Positions 41,462-52,048 of a DNA stretch of 64,000 bases are shown piece by piece. Source of the stretch: Myxococcota bacterium (lineage in GTDB: Bacteria > Myxococcota_A > Polyangia > Nannocystales > Nannocystaceae); assembly GCA_039194325.1 (NCBI GenBank), contig JBCCWC010000007.1, positions 32,001 through 96,000 of the forward strand, written 5' to 3'. The notes beneath the pieces are model-generated. The model had not been told where the DNA came from, searched no databases, and worked only from the letters and a program-made list of their open reading frames with translations. Each line of letters opens with the position of its first letter. Position 1 is the stretch's first letter. A program made the position numbers and the translations under genes.

Positions 41462-43117
41462 ATGAAGATTCCGCGCCGCGCGGTCCATGCTACCAATGCT
41501 GCCCCCGTGTGCGTCCCCGTTCCCACCCTCTCACGCCCCTTCATCCTGCTAGGTGCGCTGCTGGTGCTCCCGGGCTGCGACATGCTCCAGGAGTTCCTGG
41601 GCGACGAGGACAAGCCGCCTCCCCGTACCAAGGCAGCGGATGACGAGGACGAGACACCACCCGACCTCGGCGATGGAGCCGGTCCCCCCGAGCCACTCGT
41701 ACGCGCCGAACGGAAGCTGCGCTTCCCGGGCAAGAGCGGCGAGCACATGGGCTTCGACCTGGCCCGGCTGTCCAAGCTGCAGGCGCTGGCCGGAGCGATC
41801 GAGGTGCCCGAGTGGTCCGATCCCGGGCAAGGCACGGCCCGCATGGTTCGCGACGACGACCTGCGCACCGCGTGGGTCTGCGAGCTGGCACCCGAGCAAT
41901 CCTGCGCGATCGGGATCCACTTTCCGCGAACCGCCGAGGTCGACGCGATCCGCCTGTTCGCCGCCACCCCAGCCAAGCAGTCGTACGCCAGACCCAAGGT
42001 GGTGCGGATCCATACCGACGAAGGCTGGGCCGAGGCCAAGCTAGCCAACGAAGACGGTCTGTGGAGCGTGCAGCTGGGCGAGCCCGTACGCACCCGCAAC
42101 CTGACCGTAGAGGTGATGGAGGCCTACGACGACGCTCCGGTCCACCTGGCCGAGCTCGAGATCTACGGACGCAACGGCACCCCTCGACCCCCCCTCACGA
42201 TCGATCTCTCCCGTCGTGTCGTGAGCTTCCAGACCCCAGTGTGGCGCAAGAAGTCCCGCACCCACACGGCGGGCAAGGCCTTCGCCGAGCAGGTCGACGT
42301 GGACGGGCGGCTTCGGCGGTTGTTCCCGGGCACCGCACTCATCGGACGCCCCGGCGCCCGCCTCTTGCTGCTGGAACGCGCCGACTGGTCCACGTGCAAC
42401 GATCATCAGGGCACGTACTCCCTGCTCGACACCCAAACCCGTGTGATGGTCCCTCTGGGTGACATGGGAGGATTCGCAGGCCAGGTCTTCGCCCACACCC
42501 AGGGCCTGGGCTTCGCGATGGGCCGCATCGACGGCGACGATCCCGAGGTCCAAGGCGCGGTACTCGATGGAGCGAGCTACGAACGGCGTTCCATCAGCCG
42601 ACTGGAGCGCCGTGAGCCCCGGGATCTGTTGGCGGCATGGGACATCAGCGACAAGCCGCTGGAGCGCGCCGATGCCCTACCTATGGGTGATCCTCCTACC
42701 GGTTGCGAGCCCGCCGAGGCCGAGGTCGTCGCGGCCTTGCTGCCTCGCCTACCCCGACGCACAAAGATCCCGGCCAAGCATTGGCGTGCCTGCACGCTGG
42801 GCTCGGGTGCCTCGCTGCTGCTGAGTACCGGAGGCTCGTGCGGCAAGGAGTGGCACATGGCCGTCGTCGATGCCGAGGGCGAACTGGTCGAGGCGCACTC
42901 AGGCAAGCACAGCGGCTCTCACTTTCGGCTGCGCCGGGTCGACCAGGAGACGATCCTGGTCGAACACTGGGGCAACGCGGACGACCCGCGTCTGTTTCAA
43001 GCCGATGAGGGCAGCCTGGTACAGGTCGAAGGGGCGGTGGGGTTCTCCATGCGACCTCCGGTGGGCTGCCGCAAGCGGTGCGATATCGAGCTTGCCGACC
43101 TCGGCCCGGGGAAATAG
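41462..43117 (+). CDS. Hypothetical lipoprotein, possible discoidin/galactose-binding-like domain
   Basis: LPGC lipobox; DDDLRTAW, RPK and LAELEIYG motifs; start uncertain. Confidence 0.65.
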   Translation: MKIPRRAVHATNAAPVCVPVPTLSRPFILLGALLVLPGCDMLQEFLGDEDKPPPRTKAADDEDETPPDLGDGAGPPEPLVRAERKLRFPGKSGEHMGFDLARLSKLQALAGAIEVPEWSDPGQGTARMVRDDDLRTAWVCELAPEQSCAIGIHFPRTAEVDAIRLFAATPAKQSYARPKVVRIHTDEGWAEAKLANEDGLWSVQLGEPVRTRNLTVEVMEAYDDAPVHLAELEIYGRNGTPRPPLTIDLSRRVVSFQTPVWRKKSRTHTAGKAFAEQVDVDGRLRRLFPGTALIGRPGARLLLLERADWSTCNDHQGTYSLLDTQTRVMVPLGDMGGFAGQVFAHTQGLGFAMGRIDGDDPEVQGAVLDGASYERRSISRLERREPRDLLAAWDISDKPLERADALPMGDPPTGCEPAEAEVVAALLPRLPRRTKIPAKHWRACTLGSGASLLLSTGGSCGKEWHMAVVDAEGELVEAHSGKHSGSHFRLRRVDQETILVEHWGNADDPRLFQADEGSLVQVEGAVGFSMRPPVGCRKRCDIELADLGPGK

Positions 43118-43154
43118 CAAACCGCGGCGAAGTGGGTATCCTACGCCCCTCACC

Positions 43155-43784
43155 ATGAGCGACTTCCATAACGATCGTTCCAATCTGTTGTTCTTGCTCG
43201 CGCTGGCTCCGCTGAGCATGGGGTGCCCGGGCGACGACTCGACGGCCGAGGGATCGTCGGGCTCCTCCAGCACCGGCTCGGATCCCACGACCACCAATAC
43301 GACCCCGCCCGACCCGACCACGCCAGATCCAACCGGCGGCATGACCTCCAGCGGGTCCACCACCATGATGGAGGACGGAACCTCGTCGACCGGCCCGGCG
43401 GACGGGTCGAGCTCGTCCAGCGACAGCGGCTCCGAAAGCGGCTCCGACTCTGGCTCCAGCTCCGGCAGCGGCTCCGACAGCGGCTCCAGCAGCGGCTCCG
43501 ACAGCGGCTCCAGCTCCGGCAGCTCGTCGACCGGCATGATGCTCACCACGTGTGAGGCCTACGGGGACCAAATCGCGTACTGCTACGGCAACCCGGCGTA
43601 CGAGATGCTCGCCGAGATGTACTGCATCGACGCCATTGCCTACTACGACATGATGTACGGCCCAGCCTGTGCCGTGGCGTTCGAGGACTTCATCGCCTGC
43701 ATCAGCAACCTGTCGTGCGCGGACCTCATGAACAACGTCGGCTGCGACGCCGAATTCATGATGTTCGCGATGACCTGCGTCTGA
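43155..43784 (+). CDS. Ser/Gly/Thr-rich lipoprotein with Cys-rich C-domain
   Basis: SMGC lipobox, SGSDSGSS repeats. Confidence 0.75.
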   Translation: MSDFHNDRSNLLFLLALAPLSMGCPGDDSTAEGSSGSSSTGSDPTTTNTTPPDPTTPDPTGGMTSSGSTTMMEDGTSSTGPADGSSSSSDSGSESGSDSGSSSGSGSDSGSSSGSDSGSSSGSSSTGMMLTTCEAYGDQIAYCYGNPAYEMLAEMYCIDAIAYYDMMYGPACAVAFEDFIACISNLSCADLMNNVGCDAEFMMFAMTCV

Positions 43785-43802
43785 CCGGCGACCTCGGATC
43801 CG

Positions 43803-44702
43803 ATGCGCCCCAGTGGGGAGGAACGGCTCGACCCCACCTCCGGGCGCCCCCCGGGTGCCCTCCACGCACCCCGGGGCCCCTTTCCATGGTGGTCGAGCAA
43901 CCCCGACAAAGCCTGGGGCGAGCGGTGGTTTCTCGGGTATAGCCTCGCGTGGATGCTGGCCGTGGCGGTGGTGATCGCCACCGGCTGGATCCACACCTGG
44001 AACGATCGAGGCTACCTGCTGTTCTCGCTGGTGGTAGGCGGCGCCGCCGTGGTGGGACCGTGGGCATGGCCCGGTCGTCCCGGCCGCAATCGCCCCGTGT
44101 GGCAGGCGTGGTGGTTCAAGCTCAACGCGTGGGTCTTGGTGCTGGTGACCTTCGGCACCTACTTCGGGACCCACTACTTCTTCGATCTCATGGGCATGCG
44201 CTACGCATTCCCCGTCTCGTGGACCTGGCAGGCCAAGGTCGTGGGCCACACCTCGCAGACGGTGCCCGTGTTCATGTATCCGCTGACCCAGGCGTACTTC
44301 GTCACCTATTACGCCCTGGCTCCGATCGCATTGCGCCGACTCGGTCGCTCGCTGAGGCTGGGGCCGTGGGGCCGCCTGGGAGTCGCGCTGGCGCTGGGCT
44401 ACGCGATCGCGTGGGCCGAGACCTTTGCGATGGCCAGCGACGCCCTGGCCGACTACTTCGCCTACGCCGACAAGGGCCGAATGCTGCGCTGGGGCTCGCT
44501 GGGCTACGCCAGCTACTTCGTGGTCGGCCTGCCGCTGGTGGCCCAAATCGATGAACCGCCCGATGAACCGCCCGGCGAACAGGCCCACGAACCGAACCGT
44601 GAGCGCTGGCCGCTCCGCGCAGTGCTGGTCCAGGCGCTGGCCGCCTGCATGCTGATCTTATGCTTGCTCGAGGTGTGGGCCCAGCTGGTCGGACCGCTCT
44701 AG
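43803..44702 (+). CDS. Cycloeucalenol (cyclopropylsterol) cycloisomerase homolog, CPI1-like
   Basis: NPDKAWGERWFL, WFKLNAW...GTYFGTHYFF...YAFP, TQAYFxTY, ET, GSxxY motifs resemble plant CPI1; multi-TM. Confidence 0.82.
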   Translation: MRPSGEERLDPTSGRPPGALHAPRGPFPWWSSNPDKAWGERWFLGYSLAWMLAVAVVIATGWIHTWNDRGYLLFSLVVGGAAVVGPWAWPGRPGRNRPVWQAWWFKLNAWVLVLVTFGTYFGTHYFFDLMGMRYAFPVSWTWQAKVVGHTSQTVPVFMYPLTQAYFVTYYALAPIALRRLGRSLRLGPWGRLGVALALGYAIAWAETFAMASDALADYFAYADKGRMLRWGSLGYASYFVVGLPLVAQIDEPPDEPPGEQAHEPNRERWPLRAVLVQALAACMLILCLLEVWAQLVGPL

Positions 44703-44838
44703 CGCCGCTTCAAGAGCCGCTCCCCGGGGGCTCCTCCACCAAGACGAGCACGCCCGGCAATAACCGTTTGACCCGCGCGGTCCCCCACCCGCAGCATCGA
44801 TGCCGAGATCGCCGCGCCCCCCTTCGCGGCCGCCCCCC

Positions 44839-47433
44839 ATGATCGCCTCCTACGACCCCGACCACCTCCAGACCGCGCTCCGGCGCTTTCGGGCGTTCTT
44901 CGACGAGCTATGCGAGACCTTCGTCGAGCGCGAGAACCTCCTCATCCAGTTCGCCCTGGCCCTGCTCAGCCGCCAGCACGTGCTGATGACCGGGCCCCCG
45001 GGCACCGCCAAGAGCGCGATGGCCTCGATGGTGCTCGGCCGGATCATCGACGAATCGACGGGCAGCCCCAGCCTCTTCGCCCGGCAGTTCACCGAGAACA
45101 CCGTCCAGACCGACCTGGTGGGGCCCATCAACTTCAAGACCCTCATGGAGTCCGGTCGCACCGAGCACTTCACCGACGAGGGCATGCTGGGCTCGGTCCA
45201 CGCCTTCCTCGACGAGGTCTTCGACGGCCGCGACATGCTGCTGCGGTCGACCCTCAACCTCCTCCACGAGCGCGAGGTCAAGCAGGGCGGCGTGATCGCC
45301 AAGGGGCGGATCGAGTGCGCCTTCATGACGAGCAACCGCTACATCGCCGAGGTGCTCGACACGGCGCGCGAGACCCTGCTCGCGTTCATCGACCGGATCA
45401 GCTTCATCAGCTTCGTCCCCCGGGGCTTCGCCAACCCCAAAAACCTCAGCACCGTGGTCCGCCGACACGGCGGGGGGTTCGGCCAGCATACGCCCACCGC
45501 CTACCTGTCGGTCCAAGACCTCGATGTGCTCCAGGCGGCTGCCGACCTCACCTACGTGCCCGAACCGATCTGCGACGCCGTCGCTCAGCTCGTTCAGCTG
45601 CTCGACACCGAGCTGGCCGAAGCCCAGCGCTACGACCCGAAGTTCCAGCCCACCCGCTACCTATCAACCCGCACCGCCGTGCAGGCCACCCACGTGCTGC
45701 GCGCGGTGGTGGTCTACGACAAGATCTTCGGCCGCACCGACCGCGAGCTCCAGGTCGAGCACGCGGACATCGAGTGGCTCCGCTTCTTCTTGTTGCTCAA
45801 TGGAGTCGAGCGCGGGTCGATCACCGCGCGGATCGAGCGGGAGACCGACCCGCGAGAGCGCCGGCAGCTGGACATCATGGCGACCGAAGCGGAGATCTTC
45901 GATCGCTGCTTCTCCAAGCTCCCCCGGGCCAAGACCCCGATCGCCCCCCGCCGGCTCGAGCTCAACCAGCTGGAGACGGTGGCCCGGCAGGCCCGCCGCT
46001 CGGGCAACCCCGACGCGCTCGAGCAGGCCGTCCGCACGCTGCTCGACGCGACCGAGAGCGGAGCGACCGACGCCAACGATGCCGCCAACCTGCTGGTCGA
46101 CACGGTCGGGACACTGTCGAGACAAGCGCTGCAAGGAGGCCTGTCTCCGGCCCTGGGAGGAGATGACGCGCTCTCCCAGCTGAGCACGCAGCTGACCGAG
46201 GTAGCCAACACCCTCGAGCGCTCCGTCGGCCAGGGCCGACTGCTGGCCCAGTGGCTGCGCGGTCGGTTGCTCCACCTGGTCGATCAAGCCCTGCGCCTGT
46301 CGGTCTCGCCCACCAGCGCCACGGTGGCCGCGCTCACCTCTACCCCTACCGCCGACTCCCTCTCCACTCAGATCGACGGTCGCTTCGCCGAGCTCGAGGC
46401 GATCTTCGGGCTACGTCGCCAGCTGCGCTCGGGCCGAACCGCCACGGTGGATACACCGGAATCCGACGAAGCATGGGCGCTCGCCCTGGCCAAGCTCGAG
46501 GACGAGCTGGTCCTGCTGTGGGACGCGAAATTTCGGCTGTCCGCCACGGGCCTGCTCGGCCGCGCCGGTCGGGCGCCCCTCGACGAGGTGCTGCGGTCGC
46601 TCGGCCCGGTGCTGACCCAGCTGCGGGCCGACGCGGAGCGCTTCACCCGGCTGGACCACCGCAGCGAGCTGCTTCGGCGCGTGACCGGCCCGCGGATCGA
46701 ACCCCTGGTCGCGCGCGCCTTCGAAGGGCTCGACGGCCGCGACCGCGTCGCCGCCGTCACCCAGGTGGAGGCCGTGGTGAACGAGCTACGAGGGGCGGGG
46801 CTGGGTGAGGTGATCTCGCCGGAGCGCTTCGTGTCGTGGACGGTGCGTGCGCTCGTCCGCGACGAGCTCGCCCCCGAGCTCACGACGATCGTCGATCGCC
46901 AAGCCTACGATAGTGCTCGATCGGAAGAGCCCACGATGTCGATCGCCGACACGCTCGTTCGGATCGCGATCGCGGCGCTGCCTCCCGAACAACACTCGCC
47001 CGACGACCCCAACCAGGCGGCCAAGACGGTCTGGCAGACCCTTCGCCAGCTCGACGATGATCGCCGAGCCCGGGTCATCGAGCGGGATCTGGCCCGAATG
47101 AGCCGAGGCGTGACGCGGCTGGAGTCCTGGTGGCAAGCGCTCACCCAGTCCACGCCCGAAGCCTCCGAGGACCTGCCGCGCTCGGTGACCGTCCTCGAGG
47201 CGGTGGTCCAGTCCGGGTATCTGCGCGCGGTTCGGGGCGACGGTGAGCCCTTGCGGTTGGCGACAGAGCTCGATCACCTCGTCGAGATCTTCCCCTCCAG
47301 CCGCGAGCGAGCGAGCGCGCTCCGCCAGCGCCTGGTTCAGCTCGATGCCGACAGCACCCAGCGCTTGGTGGAGCTGCTGCAGAGCCAATCGGACCAGGCC
47401 TGGTCCGACGCGCTAGCACCTTCGGACCCATGA
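44839..47433 (+). CDS. MoxR/RavA-like AAA+ ATPase with long helical C-terminus
   Basis: HVLMTGPPGTAKS, AFLDEVF, LNLLHER, TSN, FIDR. Confidence 0.88.
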   Translation: MIASYDPDHLQTALRRFRAFFDELCETFVERENLLIQFALALLSRQHVLMTGPPGTAKSAMASMVLGRIIDESTGSPSLFARQFTENTVQTDLVGPINFKTLMESGRTEHFTDEGMLGSVHAFLDEVFDGRDMLLRSTLNLLHEREVKQGGVIAKGRIECAFMTSNRYIAEVLDTARETLLAFIDRISFISFVPRGFANPKNLSTVVRRHGGGFGQHTPTAYLSVQDLDVLQAAADLTYVPEPICDAVAQLVQLLDTELAEAQRYDPKFQPTRYLSTRTAVQATHVLRAVVVYDKIFGRTDRELQVEHADIEWLRFFLLLNGVERGSITARIERETDPRERRQLDIMATEAEIFDRCFSKLPRAKTPIAPRRLELNQLETVARQARRSGNPDALEQAVRTLLDATESGATDANDAANLLVDTVGTLSRQALQGGLSPALGGDDALSQLSTQLTEVANTLERSVGQGRLLAQWLRGRLLHLVDQALRLSVSPTSATVAALTSTPTADSLSTQIDGRFAELEAIFGLRRQLRSGRTATVDTPESDEAWALALAKLEDELVLLWDAKFRLSATGLLGRAGRAPLDEVLRSLGPVLTQLRADAERFTRLDHRSELLRRVTGPRIEPLVARAFEGLDGRDRVAAVTQVEAVVNELRGAGLGEVISPERFVSWTVRALVRDELAPELTTIVDRQAYDSARSEEPTMSIADTLVRIAIAALPPEQHSPDDPNQAAKTVWQTLRQLDDDRRARVIERDLARMSRGVTRLESWWQALTQSTPEASEDLPRSVTVLEAVVQSGYLRAVRGDGEPLRLATELDHLVEIFPSSRERASALRQRLVQLDADSTQRLVELLQSQSDQAWSDALAPSDP

Positions 47434-50045
47434 CCACGCTCCCCCCGCAGCTCGAAGAGATCGGGCGCCGGATCGAGCGGCTCGTGCTCGCGCCGGAGTC
47501 GATCTCCGCGCCCTTGACCCGCCTGTTTCGCCCCTTCCTGCACCGGATCGGCTGGCGGCCCAAGGCCCAGGTGACGGAGCTCCGAGCCCTGATCACTCAG
47601 CTGGACTGGATCCGCACCAGCGGCGGCGACGTCACCATGGGCCGCAAGCTGCTCGCGGCCGCGACCGACGAGCTGACCGACAACCTGCGGCAGGTCGAGC
47701 GCGCCACGGTGGTCAACCGCCGCCCGCTGCTAGCCCACGCGGCCTGGCTCCGCCGGCTCTACGAGCTGATCGTCAACGCCGAGCGGGCGGTGGCTCGGGC
47801 CGAGGACGCCAGCGCGCTCTACCTGGCGGCCACGCCAGACGAGGCGCTGATGCTGCCCCCGCTGGCCATGGGCAAGGCCCGCAACGACGTTCCCGAGGAG
47901 CCGGACGCGGGAGGCGCTCGAGACCGTGGTGCTGGGGGTGCCAAACCCGAGCCCAAACCCGAGCCCGAGCCGCAGGCCGACCCCTCGCGGGTCCTCGAGC
48001 TCCAGCTCGATACGATCGATCACCTGATCGCCGCCGCTCGTGAAGAAGACGCCTTACTCGGTCGCCGGCGCCGACTGCTCGACGCCGCCCGTGAGCTGCT
48101 GCTGGAGACCTCCGCCGCGCTGGCGCTCGACCAGCCCGGCGTCCACCAGCGCCTGGAGAACATCGCGCGGCAGATCACCCGCATCAACCGCTACCAAGGA
48201 GTGGGCCTCGACCCCAACGTGGCCCTGATCCACCAGGCGCGCACCGCCCTGTCACGGGGCGAGCGAGACAAGCTCTTCGCCGCCCTCTCGGTGCTACGTC
48301 GTAGCGCGGTCGACATGGGGGACATCGACGTCACCGCCCTCACCTCCCACGCGATCGACAAACTCCGAGGCCGGGCGCCAACCCCAACGCCAACCCCAAC
48401 GCCGGCGCAGGACTCGCTGTCCCGCTCGGCGACGGAGGTCCTCGGTGACCGCGTGGTGGAGGCGATCACCGAGGGTCATCGAGCCGGCCGTCGCCGCCAG
48501 CGTCGCTCGGACGAAGAGACCAACACCGATCGCTGGGTGGCCGAGCAGATCAAAGACTACTTCGCCCCGGGCAAGGAACGGCAGACCCTGGCGCACGCGC
48601 TCACGGTCGACGGCTGCTTCGAGGTGGGCGGGGTCCTGTGCCCCGTGCGGATCGAAGAGCAATTCATCTGGCACCGCATGGTCCCCTTTCCGACCCAGGC
48701 ACTGCAGCTGGTCAAGGCGACCGGACCGCAGGACATCACCACCGCGGTGGTCCACGACCCCCGCACCGTGATCCTCGATCTGGCCGCCGGGCGGCTGCTG
48801 GCCCGCCGCTATGTCAAGGAAGAGATCGGGACGCGGACGCGAACCCTCATGCAGGGCGAGGTGCGGGTGTACCTGCTCGACGGCTCCAGCTCCATGCTCG
48901 GGCCCCGCGCCCGCATGCGGGACTCGATGCTCGTCGCCGAGCTCGCGACCCTGCTGCGGCGCCTGGAGAACCCGCAGGCTCACACCCGCGTGGTGCTCTA
49001 CTATCGCTACTTCAACAGCGCGCTGGGTCCGGTCCACCGCGTCGACAGCCCGGGCGGCGTGCTCGAAGCGATCCGCGAGGTCACCAGCACGCCGCGCTCG
49101 GGCGGCACCGACATCGAGGGGGCCTTGCTGTCGAGCCTGGAGCTTATTGCCCAGGCCCAAAAGAGCGACTCGGAGCTGGCGCGCGCGCAGATCGTGCTCG
49201 TGACCGACGGCGTCGCCACCGTCAGCGAGGCCAAGATCTCCCGGGCCCGTCGGGCGCTCGGCGACCTGCCCGTAGGGGTGAGCGTGATCGCCCTGGGCGA
49301 GGAGAACGAGGCGCTCCGCGGCGTGGTCGCCCGCCAGCGGGCCCGGCACGAGCGCGCCTTCTATCACTTCTTGCCCGATGACTACCTCGAGCGGCTGTCG
49401 TCGGACGAGATCGAGGACGACGGGATCCACCTGCCCCCGGTGCCGATCGCCCAAGTGAGCGCGTTCGAGGAGCAGCTCGGCCCGCTGCTGGAGGATCTCG
49501 CCGAGCTCCAGCGTTCCCGCCAGGCCCGCTCGCTCCGCGAGCTCGATCGTATGGATCGCGAACAACGGATCGAGCGCACCGACATCGACACCGCCGGCGA
49601 GGGTCAGCGAGCCCGACTCGAAGCGCTCTACCGCGACGATCGAGCGCTCACCCGACGATATGCGCGATGGTTCCCGCCGCCGTTGGCCGGAGCCACGGTC
49701 GGACCTCCGCCCTGTGGGGCGCTTGTGCGGGCCGCGCCCGACGAGGGGACGCTCGAGCGAGACGATCTCGACTCGGCCCTGGTCGTGCTGACGACGATCG
49801 CCGAGGTCGTCGAGTCGGTGGGCAGCTCCCGGCTGGGGCGACAGGCCGACGCCGTGGAGCTGCTAGAGCGGCTATTGCCGGACTCCCGGCTGACTCCGGC
49901 GCGGTATCACGAGGTCCTGCGGACCTACCCCGGTGAGCTGGGGCCCGCGCTCGAGGCAGTGCACGGGGCGGTCAAGGCCAGCATGGGGTGGCGGATCGAG
50001 CGCGGGCATACACGACGCCACGGGCTCGACCAGCCCGATCACTGA
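47430..50045 (+). CDS. VWA (ViaA-like) domain protein
   Basis: MIDAS LLDGSSSM, GGTDI, VLVTDG; ATGA coupling to the AAA gene. Confidence 0.88.
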   Translation: MTTLPPQLEEIGRRIERLVLAPESISAPLTRLFRPFLHRIGWRPKAQVTELRALITQLDWIRTSGGDVTMGRKLLAAATDELTDNLRQVERATVVNRRPLLAHAAWLRRLYELIVNAERAVARAEDASALYLAATPDEALMLPPLAMGKARNDVPEEPDAGGARDRGAGGAKPEPKPEPEPQADPSRVLELQLDTIDHLIAAAREEDALLGRRRRLLDAARELLLETSAALALDQPGVHQRLENIARQITRINRYQGVGLDPNVALIHQARTALSRGERDKLFAALSVLRRSAVDMGDIDVTALTSHAIDKLRGRAPTPTPTPTPAQDSLSRSATEVLGDRVVEAITEGHRAGRRRQRRSDEETNTDRWVAEQIKDYFAPGKERQTLAHALTVDGCFEVGGVLCPVRIEEQFIWHRMVPFPTQALQLVKATGPQDITTAVVHDPRTVILDLAAGRLLARRYVKEEIGTRTRTLMQGEVRVYLLDGSSSMLGPRARMRDSMLVAELATLLRRLENPQAHTRVVLYYRYFNSALGPVHRVDSPGGVLEAIREVTSTPRSGGTDIEGALLSSLELIAQAQKSDSELARAQIVLVTDGVATVSEAKISRARRALGDLPVGVSVIALGEENEALRGVVARQRARHERAFYHFLPDDYLERLSSDEIEDDGIHLPPVPIAQVSAFEEQLGPLLEDLAELQRSRQARSLRELDRMDREQRIERTDIDTAGEGQRARLEALYRDDRALTRRYARWFPPPLAGATVGPPPCGALVRAAPDEGTLERDDLDSALVVLTTIAEVVESVGSSRLGRQADAVELLERLLPDSRLTPARYHEVLRTYPGELGPALEAVHGAVKASMGWRIERGHTRRHGLDQPDH

Positions 50046-50083
50046 GCCCGATCACTGAGCCCGATCACTGAGCCCGACCACCG
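50032..50083. repeat. 13-bp tandem repeat AGCCCGATCACTG x~4 spanning the VWA stop codon
   Basis: Direct reading. Confidence 0.85.
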
Positions 50084-50142
50084 AGCCCGCCCCGCCCGCC
50101 GGCACGCGAAGCTTCATGCTCCGCCCGCTGGCGAACTCGGCC

Positions 50143-50883
50143 TCACAGGCCGCCCATATCCGACCACGTGAGCACGTTGCGGATGTTGGTCTTGAGTATC
50201 CCGCCGCCCAGCGGCACGAACTGGGTGACTCCCTCGGCGAGGCCATCGCCGAAGTCATCGCTGTCGAGCTCGCAGAAGAAGGCGAACGCACCATTGGGTA
50301 GGATGGTCAGCGGCGCCGCGGTCGTGAAGTCGATCTCGATCTCCTCGCCGGTGACCGTGCCGTAGGGATCGGTGACCTCCAGGTTGTACATGCCTCCTCC
50401 GCCGACCACCGTGCCCGCCGGCACGGTCACCCCGGCGAAGTCACCGCCGAGCGTGAGCTCGTTGATCGCGACCACGATGACGAAGCCCTCGCGGTTCTTC
50501 CAGCCCGAAGGCGGCACCACCCGATCGGAGAACGCGACCGCCCGATAGTCGAGGGTCGGGTTGGTCGTGCCGATCTGAACGACGACGTCGGGGTTGTTCT
50601 CCGGGTCGGGGATGCCGAAGCGCACCTCGGCGATGGCCACCTTCTCGGCTCGAAACGCGTCGATCTGGGCCTGATCCCAGCCCATTACGTCGGTAAAGAA
50701 GCTCAGATCGTCGACCAGGGCCGGCGGCTCGGCCTCGGGGATCTCTCCGTCAGCGAGGAACACGGCGAAGGTATCGAAATCATCGGGCGGTGGGGGGCCT
50801 TCGCAACCGGCGACGGTAAAGGCGCCGGCAAAGGCGGACAGGGCGAACGTGGTGGTCGTGAGGCAACGGCGAAGATCGAACAT
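50143..50883 (-). CDS. Hypothetical lipoprotein
   Basis: VAGC lipobox, globular beta-rich body. Confidence 0.7.
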   Translation of the reverse strand: MFDLRRCLTTTTFALSAFAGAFTVAGCEGPPPPDDFDTFAVFLADGEIPEAEPPALVDDLSFFTDVMGWDQAQIDAFRAEKVAIAEVRFGIPDPENNPDVVVQIGTTNPTLDYRAVAFSDRVVPPSGWKNREGFVIVVAINELTLGGDFAGVTVPAGTVVGGGGMYNLEVTDPYGTVTGEEIEIDFTTAAPLTILPNGAFAFFCELDSDDFGDGLAEGVTQFVPLGGGILKTNIRNVLTWSDMGGL

Positions 50884-51391
50884 ATTCACACTTTCGTCGG
50901 ATGTCACTACGAGTCATACGAAGAGACATCGATCTCGTCGTATGGCCCGAAGGGCGCAAAGAGAGTCGATGATGTCCCGCGTGTGAGCGACCATGCGTCA
51001 CACCAACGGCGAACACCGTCGATCGAGGGATGAGGCAAAATTCCTCACCCATCACTCCCGGGGGGTCGCTAGCAACCCGTGATGAAACCCTCGGGTGGTC
51101 CAAACGCCGTCAGCACGAGCGGTGCCAAGGGGCGTTCAACCGGCATTCAACCGGCATAGATAACCAATGAACACCGAATATATCGACCGCGGGGGGCGGT
51201 ATTGGGGCCGTGCGAGGGGCTCACCACGGGCTGCTAGACTCAACACCACAAAGCTAGGCGGCGAGCAGAAGGAAGTCAAATCGATCGGAGTAAAATTAAC
51301 CGACCAACATTGGGCCTACTCGGCGATCTTCGATGCTCGATCTACGGATGCCTATTGTATTGAGTGCAACGAAGTCACTCGACCATCCGAA

Positions 51392-52048
51392 TCAATGCAC
51401 TTCAGACTCGTTCGCCGCTCGGCGGGCGGCCCGATAACGCGCCCTGAGCTTGCGCTTGCGTCCAGGATACCCCCACGCGGGAATCGTCTCGGGGTCGAAA
51501 TCGAACGCCATGATGGTGCACTCGATGAGCAACTCCCACATGACGTTGGTACGCATCAATAGATCGTCGTCTTCGTCCTGGGGCTCCACCTCGCCCGTAC
51601 GAAGCTCATAGATCCGGCGCGACACCGCAGCCATGGCGGTCCATCGGCCGGTCAGCTTCTCGTCGAGCAGATCGAGCACCTCTGCGTCGGTCTTTTCTTG
51701 CCAGCTGGGCAGATCGAGCTCGTCGATCGGCCCGAGAACCTCTTCCTTGTGATAGAGGATGAGGTTGGAAATGAACATATGAGCGATCGAGCACCACCGG
51801 CAGCCCGTCCATAGACCAGCCATCGAGATGATCATCTGACCTTCGACTTGCCCAAAGCGCTTCTCCAGCTGAGTGGTGATCCGGAAGCCTTCCATCAACC
51901 ACCGCATGTAATCGATGGCACCGTACGTACGAACATAATCCTCTTGAAAGGGTACGATGATACCATAACCCACCTTAGAGAACAGATGCATGACCCAGAT
52001 GAACAATCGCTGGCCGATGGTCAGCCGGGGTTTGTCGAAGGCGCTCAA
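51392..52048 (-). CDS. Hypothetical protein with AhpD-like CxxC-xxx-H motif
   Basis: GCRWCSIAH; probable TTG start overlapping the upstream stop. Confidence 0.6.
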   Translation of the reverse strand: MSAFDKPRLTIGQRLFIWVMHLFSKVGYGIIVPFQEDYVRTYGAIDYMRWLMEGFRITTQLEKRFGQVEGQMIISMAGLWTGCRWCSIAHMFISNLILYHKEEVLGPIDELDLPSWQEKTDAEVLDLLDEKLTGRWTAMAAVSRRIYELRTGEVEPQDEDDDLLMRTNVMWELLIECTIMAFDFDPETIPAWGYPGRKRKLRARYRAARRAANESEVH

